Shown: positions 36,926-48,821 of the stretch, piece after piece
Numbering within the stretch: position 1 is the first letter of the stretch
Layout: each line of letters starts with the position of its first letter
Assembly (NCBI RefSeq): GCF_000143415.4
Contig: NW_003314267.1
Span: 3,903,201-3,967,200, forward strand
Length of the DNA: 64,000 nucleotides
Direction of reading: 5' to 3'
Source: Selaginella moellendorffii
Taxonomy: Eukaryota; Plantae; Lycopodiophyta
Program-made: the position numbers and the translations under genes
Notes under the pieces: model-generated
The model's input: the letters and a program-made list of their open reading frames with translations, nothing else
Told to the model about the DNA's origin: nothing
Databases searched by the model: none

Positions 36926-37928
36926 CGCGAGCCTGGGAATCCCACGGGGTTATATGCCTGCCAGTGGTAAGGAGAAAAGTTTTGGTTCTGAGAAGAAAGG
37001 AGGATGCTTTACTCGTACCTCTGCGCGTTCTTTCCTCTCTTTCAGGCAACCCCGACCACCAAACTCTGATCGACTTCATTCATTCCACAACTAAAGTGTG
37101 CTCTCCAACTTTTTCTTGCAGGATTTCGAAGAAGTTTTCAGGTGCGTCGCTTGCAAAGTTTCGTCTGATCGCCCACAAGACTGGCTGGTGAGTGGCTTGC
37201 ACAGTTTTAGCGATCTTCTCCACTTGATCAGCCGGGAGGGAGATGACGCTTCCGGAGGTGATGTAGAGAACCAAGCGGTGAGGTTGTTTGTCCAACCAGC
37301 TGATACTGATGTCTTCTTCTGGAGAACTGATAGTTTCGTGCTCTTGCAGAAGCGCCTGAGGTATAAGTGGTCCGACTGGCAGATAGTTGAGAAACTCTTT
37401 CCTGCGCGAAGTCACAAGTTCGTGATCCAGCTCCTCGATGGAGTTGACGAGAACACACGCAGCTTCCTTTGTTTGCTTTGCAGCAGCTCCCAGAAGAAGC
37501 ACAACAGGACCGCCGCGCTGGAAGCCAAGAGGAAGCAGTCTCCTCGGGAAAGGCTCGAGGCCGGGGGCTCCACAAGTGCCTGTCTTGCGCCAGTCAGCAG
37601 TTGGAGCCTTCTTAACGCACTGTGGATGGAACTCGGTGCTAGAGGCCCTGCTCTATGGAGTACCGACACTTTGCTGGCCGTGCGCCTACGAGCAGAACTC
37701 GAATGCTGATATAATGACGGAGAAGTGGAAGCTGGGGTGAAGTTGGCTGATGGACCCGACGATGGTGTCAAATGCGAAGACTTGGAGAAGATCATAGATG
37801 CTGTAATGAATGGCGAAGAAGGAAAAACAATGAGACGCAGAGCCGAAGCTCTCAAGGAGATTGTGAGGAAAAGTGCCTCGAGAAAAACATTCGGCAACTC
37901 AAGAACGTGATTGTAGCCGCTTCTCAGT
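36925..37928 (+). pseudogene. UGT-C pseudogene with internal inversion 37081-37563
   Basis: 5'-truncated copy of UGT-C. The middle segment (PGLE...HTLVVE) is flipped and the flanks stay in + orientation. Confidence 0.88.
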
Positions 37929-38445
37929 AGACAATCTCCAAGCATCGCTGCTCTGGAGAAGCTCCACTCACTTTAACGAAAGTCAGGAAAAAGAAGAGAG
38001 AAAAGAAAAAAGAAAATAAATACCTTTGAGAGGAGCTTCCACATCGATCACTGATCTCGAAGCAGAAACATCGCTGGTCTGGAGAAGAAGCTCCACCCGT
38101 GAAAAATAAAAAATCTAGCACTTTCTACAGAGCTCTCTTACCTTGAAGATTAAGATCGATGAAGAAATCTCCAAACGAACTTCGAAAAGGTGGAACCAAA
38201 GTTAGCGAGATCACACACACACACACAGATGCATACCTTGAGAACAGCTTCCACATCCATTTGGCAATGCCTTGGCAAACGCAACGAATAATCAATGAAT
38301 CGAAAGAACCACTACACTTACCCGGATTTTCGCCAAAGATCTTCGGTCGCCGCCCGGCGCTGCTTTTTCTCGCGTCCACCCCTTGAATCCATGGCCGCTC
38401 CCCTCCTTGGATCCATGGCGCTCCCCCCAAAAACCAAACTTTAAA

Positions 38446-40371
38446 TCAAACCCTACCCCTGTTTTTAGGGCTCCTGAGATTGGAGAGAAGGACATAGTGT
38501 GCCGAGTTCTCGGGCTCTAGCTCCATCGATCGCTCCACGGCATTGGACTGCTGCCCCATCGCATTGTAAGCGCCCAGTAGTATCGTCCACGCCAGCACCG
38601 GCGGCTCAAATGGCATATGGGCGATCAAATCCGCGGCCTCGTCAATCCTCCCAGCTCTAGCCAGCAGATCCAGCAAGCTCACGTAGTGATCCATCGCTGG
38701 AGCGATCCCATAGTCTCCAGCGATGCACGGGAAGAGCCCCCAGGCCAGATCCAGTAGTCCCGAGTGGCTACACGCCGAGAGCGCGCTCATGAATGTGATG
38801 GAATCGGGGCTCACGCCCTCCGCCGCCATGGATCGCAACGCCTCCACCGCCGCCTCGCCGGATCCATTCGCGGCGTAGATCGCGATCATGCTGTTGAGCG
38901 ACACGGCGTCCTTGGAGCGAATTCGATCGAAGGCGCTCTTGGCGCCCTCCACGCTCCCGGATTTGCCCAGGAGCGTGACGAGGGCGTTGGCCACAAGGGT
39001 GTCGCCGCCATAGCCGTAGAACACGATGCTCGCGAGTGGATTGCGATGCCCTCTTCCAGCGCTGCCTGGCTCGCGCAGGCATCCGCCGCGATCACGAATG
39101 TGAATCCATCCAGCTTCACACCCTCGAGATCCATCGCCTGGATCATCAGCAGTGCCTCTGACGCTTGCCCGCTCGGGGCGTAGATCGCGATCATGCTGTT
39201 GAGCGACACGGCGTCCTTGGAGCGAATTCGATCGAAGGCGCTCTTGGCGCCCTCCACGCTCCCGGATTTGCCCAGGAGCGTGACGAGGGCGTTGGCCACA
39301 AGGGTGTCGCCGCCATAGCCGTAGAACCCGATGCTCGCGAGTGGATTGCGATGCCCTCTTCCAGCGCTGCCTGGCTCGCGCAGGCATCCGCCGCGATCAC
39401 GAATGTGACCTCGTTTTGCAGCGAGGGATCCATCGCCAAGAACAGCTCCAGAGCTCGATCGCCATGCCCGTTCTGGAAATACGCCACGAGCATCGAATTC
39501 CACGACACCACGTCGCGCTGGGCATCCGATCGAACAGGCGCTGGGCTTGATCGAGATCTCCACTCCAGGCATAGGCCGAGACGATGGAATTCCACGAGAC
39601 TGTGGATTTGTGTGGCATCAATTCGAAGATCTCGCTGGCTTTCTGGATGCTCCCGCAGCTCCCATACATGTGGATGAGCGTGTTCGCGATCTTCGTCTCG
39701 GATTCCAGCCCTGCCTCCCGGATGAGCTCGTGGATCGTGATCCCCAGCGTGATTGCCTCTAGATCAGCGCACACCTCGAGCACACACATGAATGCCACGC
39801 GATTCGGCCGCACTCCATCTAGATCCATGAGCTTGAACAGAAGAATCGCCATCTCCAAATCCCCTCTCCCGGCATTTGCTTTGATCATCGCGCTCCACGA
39901 AACGACGTCTCTCACTGGCATCGCCTTGAACAGATCTTTAGCTTCTTCCATCGCGCCAGCGCCCACGTACGCATTGATCATTGCGTTCCATGTCACGGTG
40001 TTCTTCACGGTCGATCGATCGAACAGGTTCTTCGCGCTAGCAAGATCCCCATTCTCGGTAAATGCCGCGATCATGATGTTGCTAGAGAAGACGTTGCGCA
40101 GCCGGATTCTATCAAAGACCCTGCGCGCGTCGTCGATGCTTCCACACCGCCCATACATGTGAACCAAGAAATTCCCCAGGAATGTGTCTCTGTCGGATGA
40201 TCCGTGCTTGGCGATGTGAGAGTGGACGAGCTTGCCCAGCGCCAGCTCCCTGGCATTGCCACATTCTTTGAGAAGAGCACCATAGGACGCCGGATCCAGC
40301 GCGGCGTCGGACTGCGCAAGGCGATCGAGGGCTTCGTGGAGATTCCTGGTGCCCAGGACTTGCGTTTCCAT
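38446..40371 (-). pseudogene. PLS-E PPR, copy 2, frameshifted with ~305-bp internal tandem duplication
   Basis: Inverted copy of 45182-46804. 1-bp deletion after FDRMP. Duplicated block at about 38873-39100 / 39178-39405. Confidence 0.88.
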
Positions 40372-40931
40372 GCCACATACTAGAATATACTTAAATATGC
40401 TACATTCAAACAACGTCTCGCCCCTATAGCTTCAAATCATTTCTAGGTTTGGCAAAGAGAGACCGGCGACTAGGGAGCGCGCGATAGAGACGAGAGAGTA
40501 AGCGATGGCGGAATGTGATGAAGACGATGATGATGTATGGTTTCTTCTTTGATTCTCGGATGAAATCCCCTCCATTCTCTCCATAATCTTTCTTCTTTCT
40601 TCAGATTCTCGAGGATTCTTGGACGGTAGGCTCATTTCTTGCGAAATTTCAATCCTAATCTTCGTTCATGACCCTGGAACGCGAAGATCGATCGCGCCGA
40701 TGACGAAGCGGTAAGTTCTACTTCGTAATCTCGGTTCTTTCCAGCGTCTGGCCTTGATTCCCAGAGCGCAAGCGGCATATGGACGCAGATCGTGAGTTTC
40801 CTTGACAACAAGCGGAGAAAGGAGCTCCAACGACGCAAGTATCAAGCCCGGAAGAGTTTGTGCCTCGCCATGCCGGTGCCAAAGGTACAAATTCAAATCT
40901 AAGCCGTTCATTTACTACCTAGGGTTTCTAG

Positions 40932-41469
40932 ATGCCAAAGCTGGAGGCTCGATCGAAGCAGCCGCTGGAGCAGGAGCATCGACGAAAGCCGCCGCCATTG
41001 CCATCGAGGACCATGCCAAGGGAAGAGCTTGAGCCACCGCATGTTCTTGCTGCTCTACTGGCTTTGATGGTCATCTTTGGAGTAGTCTTTGGTGGGGTGG
41101 GTACGATGGCCATTGCTTTGGTGACGGCTGTGATCATCCCCTGCTGGATGTGGAGGGAGTTCAAGGTTGGGCCATTCCATGTCAAAGCCCTCGGCTTTGC
41201 AGGTACTCTCTCAGTTTTACTTCACATTTCTAGAGAAACTTCTACAGAGCAAAATCGAAGAAACGAGCCCCCAAAGGAACGCAGGACCCGTCGTCCAGAT
41301 CCAGAGCAGTGCTCATGTTGCTACTTTGACACTGCGAACTGTAGGTACCATTCTAGATTCGTCAACTAGAAATTCCTGTGAAGCTCTGAGATCTGCTACA
41401 ACCGTTCAATTCTACCTCCATTCTGTGAAAACTGCCGTTCTTTGGCAAGCTGTTTTGCAGGATATATAA
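40932..41469 (+). CDS. Orphan small membrane protein (ATG 40932 or 41013, putative 31-nt intron 41203-41233)
   Basis: Two hydrophobic segments HVLAALLALMVIFGVVFGGVGTMAIALVTAVIIPCWMW. Conserved across paralogs. Confidence 0.5.
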
Positions 41470-41787
41470 TTCCAATAGTTTGACGACTGAGAAAGGAACT
41501 CCAAGCAGGTACCTTTGTGTCACAGTTTGTATGAGCTTTTGCTTCTCATGGAGTCTTCTCTTCCAGGACCAAAGGAGGACTTAGCTCCTCGGTGCTACTC
41601 CAAATAAAAAAGGCTCAACGCCGATATGAAAGCGAAGAACACAAAGGTATGAAGCAATGAAAACGTTTCCAAGGTCTTTCCTTCTCCTTACCACTGATGC
41701 AATATATCAGAAGAGATCGAGCGACTGGTGTTTAACACGACTTGTGCGATTCCATAGAAGGCGCGTTGCGCCAAGAGGATGGCGATT

Positions 41788-42201
41788 CTGCGTGCCTTGG
41801 GTGATGGCGCTTGATCCGGCCACGGAAGGTCCTCCCTGGCAAGGCTCGGCGCCGTCGCCTTGTTTTCGCCGTCGCCTTGTCTTCTTCTGCAGAACTGATA
41901 GTTTCGTGCTCTTGCAGAAGCGCCTGAGGTACGAGTGTGCGTGCCTTGGGTGATGGCGCCCGATCCGGCCACGGAAGGTCCTCCCTGGCAAGGCTCGGCG
42001 CCGTCGCCTTGTCTTCTTCTGGAGAAGTGATAGTTTCGTGCTCTTGCAGAAGCGCCTGAGGTACGAGTGTGCGTGCCTTGGGTGATGGCGCCCGATCCGG
42101 CCACGGAAGGTCCTCCCTGGCAAGGCTCGGCGCCGTCGCCTTGTCTTCTTCTGGAGAAGTGATAGTTTCGTGCTCTTGCAGAAGCGCCTGAGGTACGAGT
42201 G
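41788..42201. repeat. Chimeric 132-bp tandem repeat (x3) of ataxin-10 (+) and UGT-C (-) pieces
   Basis: GGTACGAG recurs at 41928, 42060 and 42192. 44-aa repeat in ORF 41732-42571. Confidence 0.9.
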
Positions 42202-42622
42202 GTCCGACTGGCAGATAGTTGGGAAACTCTTTCCTGCGCGAAGTCACAAGTTCGTGATCCAGCTCCTCGATGGAGTTGACGAGAACACACGCAGCTTCCT
42301 TTGTTCGCTTTGCAGCAGCTCCCAGAAGAAGCACAACAGGACCGCCGCGCTGGAAGCCAAGAGGAAGCAGTCTCCTCGGGAAAGGCTCGAGGCCGGGAAT
42401 GAAGTCGATCAGAGTTTGGTGGTCGGGGTTGCCTGAAAGAGAGGAAAGAACGCGCAGAGGTACGAGTAAAGCATCCTCCTTTCTTCTCAAAACCAAAGCT
42501 TTTCTCCTTACCACTGGCAGGAATATAACCCCGGGACTCGAGCTCTGGGATATGGTAGAGGAGCACCTCATTGATCGCGTGACTGGTGTTTAAGGCGACC
42601 TGTGGGATTCCCAGGCTCGCGG
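42140..42622 (-). pseudogene. UGT-C middle fragment
   Basis: Matches 47920-48403, including the intron. Confidence 0.85.
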
Positions 42623-43210
42623 CAAGCAGAGGGTCCTGAAGGCAGCCCTGGCCGCCATGGATGAGCAGGAGCGGCAGCTCCAGTTGCGGCTGCAGGGGCT
42701 CCAGAGAGTGCCGCCACCCAGCACCGGCTGCTGCAGAAGATCGTCCGCACGGCGATTGTGGCCGAGGTCGCGCGGGCTTCTCCGGTGGAGAAGCCAGAGG
42801 GCGTTGGGCAAAGGAGCCAGGACTATGTTAAATGGGGTACGGTTTTTCCTCAGATGTGTAGCGGTGGAGGTGCCAGTTCTTCGTAAAAAATTGGATCATT
42901 CATCCGATACAGGTAGCCAATCCACAATTGTGCATCGAACACAAAGCTTTGTGTTGCGTAGATAATCTGGTGCTGCTGCTCTTACGGTCATCTACTCAGT
43001 TCTTCGTGTGTTTCCGCAAGCTCTGTGAAAGCCAAACTCTTCTATAGGAACGCCTCTACGCTACGTATAGCGACAGCCGAATTTGACCCAGTTGTGGAGG
43101 TGAGCTGTGGGATTCTTTCTCTGAAACCAAACCAAATTCAGGTTCGTCAATCTCAAAAAGCTTGAGTAACTCTCCCATTTCAGTTGGACTTGCAATGCGT
43201 TGATTGACAT
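42622..43210 (+). pseudogene. IGPS-like pseudogene fragment
   Basis: Matches exon 1 (3' part) and exons 3-6 of 48822-50108, with deletions. Confidence 0.8.
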
Positions 43211-44135
43211 AGATCTCTCTCTCTCCCCCCCCTCCATTCCTTGCTTTTCTGCCTCGCCCTCGCTCGGTCGCAATGCTGATAAGCTGGCCGACGCCTCTCC
43301 CTAGTCTCATGAAAATAGAATGGATATGTAAAATGCCTTGCATAGACAGACACGTATATCTAAACGTCATTTGCGTCAGGTAGTTGGTCCCAAAAAAGAA
43401 GAACTCCGCGATATGTCAAAGAATCCTCAAGAAAGATTATGAGTGTCCTAGAACTCTGTAAGAACTATTTTGATAGGGATATCAATTTGCGCGAAGAACT
43501 TTGACCAAGTTGACTTGGTCAGCGGTTTATAAGGTGGTGAACTTTTCCAGAAGAAACAATGAGAGGACTGACACAAGTTACTAGCCAATGTTCCAGTATT
43601 GTGATCCGACTTCCAGATGGAAACCTGTGCCTGCTCTCCACCACTGCTGCATAAGCGCTTCTGAGTGCTACTGCTCGGCAAGGAACAAATCCTGGTTCAT
43701 CGCAGAAATTGCGAACAGCGCGCAGGAACTCGATACGTACAAAGCAAGGCGACGGCGCCGAGCCTTGCCAGAGAGGACCTTCCGTGGCCGGATCAAGCAC
43801 CATCACCCAAGGCACGCAGAATCGCCATCCTCTTGGCGCAACGCACCTTCTATGGAATCGCACAAGTCGTGTTAAACACCGGTCGCTCGATCTCTTCTGA
43901 TATATTGCATCAGTGGTAAGGAGAAGGAAAGATCTTGGAAACGTTTTCATTACTTCATACCTTTGTGTTCTTCGCTTTCATATCGGTGTCGAGCCTTTTT
44001 GATTTGGAGTAGTACCGTGGAGCTAACTCCTCCTTTGGTCCGGGAAGAGAAAACTCGATGAGAAGCAAAAGCTCATACAAACTGTGACACAAAGGTACCT
44101 GCTTGGAGTTCCTTTCTCAGTCGTCAAACCTGGAA

Positions 44136-44670
44136 TTATATATCCTGCAAAACAGCTTGCCAAAGAACGGCAGTTTTCACAGAATGGAGGTAGAATTGAA
44201 AGGTTGTAGCAGATCTCTGAGCTTCACAAGAATTTCTAGTTGACGAATCTAGAATGGTACCTACAGTTCGCAGTGTCAAAGTAGCAACATGAGCACTGCT
44301 CTGGATCTGGACGACGGGTCCTGCGTTCCTTTGGGGGCTCGTTTCTTCGATTTTGCCCTGTAGAAGTTTCTCTAGAAATGTGAAGTAAAACTGAGAGAGT
44401 ACCTGCAAAGCCGAGGGCTTTGACATGGAATGGCCCAACCTTGAACTCCCTCCACATCCAGCAGGGGATGATCACAGCCGTCACCAAAGCAATGGCCATC
44501 GTACCCATCCCACCAAAGACTACTCCAAAGATGACCATCAAAGCCAGTAGAGCAGCAAGAACATGCAGTGGCTCAAGCTCTTCCTTGGCATCGTCCTCGA
44601 TGGCAACGGCGGCCTTTCGTCGATGCTCCTGCTCCAGCGGCTGCTTCGATCGAGCCTCCAGCTTTGGCAT
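44136..44670 (-). CDS. Orphan small membrane protein, inverted copy
   Basis: Mirror of 40932-41469. Compensating -2/-1 indels keep the frame from the upstream ATG. Confidence 0.5.
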
Positions 44671-45181
44671 CTAGAAACCCTAGGTAGTAAATGAACGGCT
44701 TAGATTTGAATTTGTACCTTTGGCACCGGCATGGCGAGGCACAAACTCTTCCGGGCTTGATACTTGCGTCGTTGGAGCTCCTTTCTCCGCTTGTTGTCAA
44801 GGAAACTCACGATCTGCGTCCATATGCCGCTTGCGCTCTGGGAATCAAGGCCAGACGCTGGAAAGAACCGAGATTACGAAGTAGAACTTACCGCTTCGTC
44901 ATCGGCGCGATCGATCTTCGCGTTCCAGGGTCATGAACGAAGATTAGGATTGAAATTTCGCAAAGATTATGGAGAGAATGGAGGGGATTTCATCCGAGAA
45001 TCAAAGAAGAAAGCATACATCATCATCGTCTTCATCACATTCCGCCATCGCTTACTCTCTCGTCTCTATCGCGCGCTCCCTAGTCGCCGGTCTCTCTTTG
45101 CCAAACCTAGAAATGATTTGAAGCTATAGGGGCGAGACGTTGTTTGAATGTAGCATATTTAAGTATATTCTAGTATGTGGC

Positions 45182-46804
45182 ATGGAAACGCAAGTCCTGG
45201 GCACCAGGAATCTCCACGAAGCCCTCGATCGCCTTGCGCAGTCCGACGCCGCGCTGGATCCGGCGTCCTATGGTGCTCTTCTCAAAGAATGTGGCAATGC
45301 CAGGGAGCTGGCGCTGGGCAAGCTCGTCCACTCTCACATCGCCAAGCACGGCTCATCCGACAGAGACACATTCCTGGGGAATTTCTTGGTTCACATGTAT
45401 GGGCGGTGTGGAAGCATCGACGACGCGCGCAGGGTCTTTGATAGGATCCGGCTGCGCAACGTCTTCTCTAGCAACATCATGATCGCGGCATTTACCGAGA
45501 ATGGGGATCTTGCTAGCGCGAAGAACCTGTTCGATCGATCGACCGTGAAGAACACCGTGACATGGAACGCAATGATCAATGCGTACGTGGGCGCTGGCGC
45601 GATGGAAGAAGCTAAAGATCTGTTCAAGGCGATGCCAGTGAGAGACGTCGTTTCGTGGAGCGCGATGATCAAAGCAAATGCCGGGAGAGGGGATTTGGAG
45701 ATGGCGATTCTTCTGTTCAAGCTCATGGATCTAGATGGAGTGCGGCCGAATCGCGTGGCATTCATGTGTGTGCTCGAGGTGTGCGCTGATCTAGAGGCAA
45801 TCACGCTGGGGATCACGATCCACGAGCTCATCCGGGAGGCAGGGCTGGAATCCGAGACGAAGATCGCGAACACGCTCATCCACATGTATGGGAGCTGCGG
45901 GAGCATCCAGAAAGCCAGCGAGATCTTCGAATTGATGCCACACAAATCCACAGTCTCGTGGAATTCCATCGTCTCGGCCTATGCCTGGAGTGGAGATCTC
46001 GATCAAGCCCAGCACCTGTTCGATCGGATGCCCCAGCGCGACGTGGTGTCGTGGAATTCGATGCTCGCGGCGTATTCCCAGAACGGGCATGGCGATCGAG
46101 CTCTGGAGCTGTTCTTGGTGATGGATCCCTCGCTGCAAAACGAGGTCACGTTCGTGATCGCGGCGAATGCGTGCGCGAGCCAGGCAGCGCTGGAAGAGGG
46201 CATCGCGATCCACTCGAGGGCCGTGTTCTACGGCTATGGCAGCGACACCCTTGTGGCCAACGCGCTCGTCACGCTCCTGGGCAAATCCGGGAGCGTGGAG
46301 GGCGCCAAGAGCGCCTTCGATCGAATTCGCTCCAAGGACGCCGTGTCGCTCAACAGCATGATCGCGATCTACGCCGCGAATGGATCCGGCGAGGCGGCGG
46401 TGGAGGCGTTGCGATCCATGGCGGCGGAGGGCGTGAGCCCCGATTCCATCACATTCATGAGCGCGCTCTCGGCGTGTAGCCACTCGGGACTACTGGATCT
46501 GGCCTGGGGGCTCTTCCCGTGCATCGCTGGAGACTATGGGATCGCTCCAGCGATGGATCACTACGTGAGCTTGCTGGATCTGCTGGCTAGAGCTGGGAGG
46601 ATTGACGAGGCCGCGGATTTGATCGCCCATATGCCATTTGAGCCGCCGGTGCTGGCGTGGACGATACTACTGGGCGCTTACAATGCGATGGGGCAGCAGG
46701 GATCCAATGCCGTGGAGCGATCGATGGAGCTAGAGCCCGAGAACTCGGCACACTATGTCCTTCTCTCCAATCTGAAGAGCCCTAAAAACAGGGGTAGGGT
46801 TTGA
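45182..46804 (+). CDS. PLS-class PPR protein with E domain, copy 3, open frame (540 aa), organellar RNA-editing factor family
   Basis: Intronless ORF with P/L/S motifs and an E domain, no DYW. Lacks about one PLS triplet present in copy 1. Confidence 0.85.
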   Translation: METQVLGTRNLHEALDRLAQSDAALDPASYGALLKECGNARELALGKLVHSHIAKHGSSDRDTFLGNFLVHMYGRCGSIDDARRVFDRIRLRNVFSSNIMIAAFTENGDLASAKNLFDRSTVKNTVTWNAMINAYVGAGAMEEAKDLFKAMPVRDVVSWSAMIKANAGRGDLEMAILLFKLMDLDGVRPNRVAFMCVLEVCADLEAITLGITIHELIREAGLESETKIANTLIHMYGSCGSIQKASEIFELMPHKSTVSWNSIVSAYAWSGDLDQAQHLFDRMPQRDVVSWNSMLAAYSQNGHGDRALELFLVMDPSLQNEVTFVIAANACASQAALEEGIAIHSRAVFYGYGSDTLVANALVTLLGKSGSVEGAKSAFDRIRSKDAVSLNSMIAIYAANGSGEAAVEALRSMAAEGVSPDSITFMSALSACSHSGLLDLAWGLFPCIAGDYGIAPAMDHYVSLLDLLARAGRIDEAADLIAHMPFEPPVLAWTILLGAYNAMGQQGSNAVERSMELEPENSAHYVLLSNLKSPKNRGRV

Positions 46805-47322
46805 TTTAAAGTTTGGTTTTTGGGGGGAGCGCCATGGATCCAAGGAGGGGAGCGGCCATGGATTCAAGGGGTGGACGCGAGAAAAAGCAGCGCCGGGCGG
46901 CGACCGAAGATCTTTGGCGAAAATCCGGGGTAAATGTAGTGGTTCTTTCGATTCATTGATTATTCGTTGCGTTTGCCAAGGCATTGCCAAATGGATGTGG
47001 AAGCTGTTCTCAAGGTATGCATCTGTGTGTGTGTGTGTGTGATCTCGCTAACTTTGGTTCCACCTTTTCGAAGTTCGTTTGGAGATTTCTTCATCGATCT
47101 TAATCTTCAAGGTAAGAGAGCTCTGTAGAAAGTGCTAGATTTTTTATTTTTCACGGGTGGAGCTTCTTCTCCAGACCAGCGATGTTTCTGCTTCGAGATC
47201 AGTGATCGATGTGGAAGCTCCTCTCAAAGGTATGTATTTTATTTTTTCTTTTCTCTCTTCTTTTTGCTGACTTTCGTTGAAGTGAGTGGAGCTTCTCCAG
47301 ATCAGCGATGCTTGGAGATTGT

Positions 47323-48727
47323 CTACTGAGAAGCGGCTACAATCACGTTCTTGAGTTGCCGAATGTTTCTCTCGAGGCCAGTACTTTTCCTCACAATCTC
47401 CTTGAGAGCTTCGGCTCTGCGTCTCATTGTTTTTCCTTCTTCGCCATTCATTACAGCATCTATGATCTTCTCCAAGTCTTCGCATTTGACACCATCGTCG
47501 GGTCCATCAGCCAACTTCACCCCAGTCTTCCACTTCTCCGTCATTACATGAGCATTCGAGTTCTGCTCGTAGGCGCACGGCCAGCAAAGTGTTGGTACTC
47601 CACAGAGCAGGGCCTCTAGCACCGAGTTCCATCCACAGTGCGTTAAGAAGGCTCCAACTGCGGACTGGCGCAAGACAGGCACTTGTGGAGCCCATTCCAC
47701 AACTAAACTGTGCTCTCCAACTTTTTCTTGCAGGCTTTCGAAGAAGTTTTCAGGTGCGTCGCTTGCAAAGTTTCGTCTGATCGCCCACAAGACTGGCTGG
47801 TGAGTGGCTTGCACAGCTTTAGCGATCTTCTCCACTTGATCAGCCGGGAGGGAGATGACGCTTCCGAAGGCGATGTAGAGAACCGAGCGGTGAGGTTGTT
47901 TGTCCAACCAGCTGATACTAGTGTCTTCTTCTGGAGAACTGATAGTTTCGTGCTCTTGCAGAAGCGCCGGAGGTACGAGTGGTCCGACTGGCAGATAGTT
48001 GGGAAACTCTTTCCTGCGCGAAGTCACAAGTTCGTGATCCAGCTCCTCGATGGAGTTGACGAGAACACACGCAGCTTCCTTTGTTCGCTTTGCAGCAGCT
48101 CCCAGAAGAAGCACAACAGGACCGCCGCGCTGGAAGCCAAGAGGAAGCAGTCTCCTCGGGAAAGGCTCGAGGCCGGGAATGAAGTCGATCAGAGTTTGGT
48201 GGTCGGGGTTGCCTGAAAGAGAGGAAAGGACGCGCAGAGGTATGAGTAAAACATCCTCCTTTCTTCTCAAAACCAAAACTTTAGTTCTTACCACTGGCAG
48301 GAATATAACCCCGGGACTCGAGCTCTGGGATATGGTAGAAGAGCACCTCATTGATCGCGTGACTGGTGTTTAAGGCGATCTGTGGGATTCCCAGGCTCGC
48401 GGCGACGTCCTGTGACCAGCCCAAGAAGAAATCAGAGATTAGGCACTTCACCGGTGGTCGGAGGGCCTCTAGAACCGCTTTCACTTCCTCTTGGAGCTCT
48501 GCAGCTCTGATAAGTGACACGTCCGTGGGTGGGCTCGGCACCAGATCGATGTGGAGGTCATCTTCCCGCAGGCTCGACTCCACCTTGGAGCACAGATTCC
48601 TGGGAAGAACAAAGCTTACGTGAAATCCCAGCGGGACGAGGCGGCGGCAAAGCTCGAGCATGGGATTGATGTGGCCGGATCCATCGCAGGGAAGCGCTGC
48701 TATGTGAAGACGCTGCTCGTCTGCCAT
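47323..48727 (-). CDS. UDP-glycosyltransferase UGT-C, intact, 441 aa (intron 48213-48291)
   Basis: MADEQRLHIAALPCDGSGHINPM, LISDFF and [31 protein letters not shown]. Paralog of UGT-B. Confidence 0.93.
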
Positions 48728-48821
48728 CGCCAAAGCAAAGACTAAAGATCCAGAGAGGGTTGTTGACTATTGACTATTTGACTGGTGTTTTCTTTTTTGG
48801 GTGAATTTAGGGCTCTTGCGA

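Larger units (their letters stand above)
36945..48330. repeat. Large inverted repeat: arms ~36945-41870 and ~43740-48330
   Basis: PPR, orphan gene, (CA)n/(TG)n spacer and UGT-C are all mirrored, e.g. 40413 mirrors 45140. Confidence 0.9.

Noticed and set aside
38213-38227. (CA)n, (TG)n at 47025 and (CT)n at 31270 microsatellites
   Set aside because: Short, ordinary SSRs.
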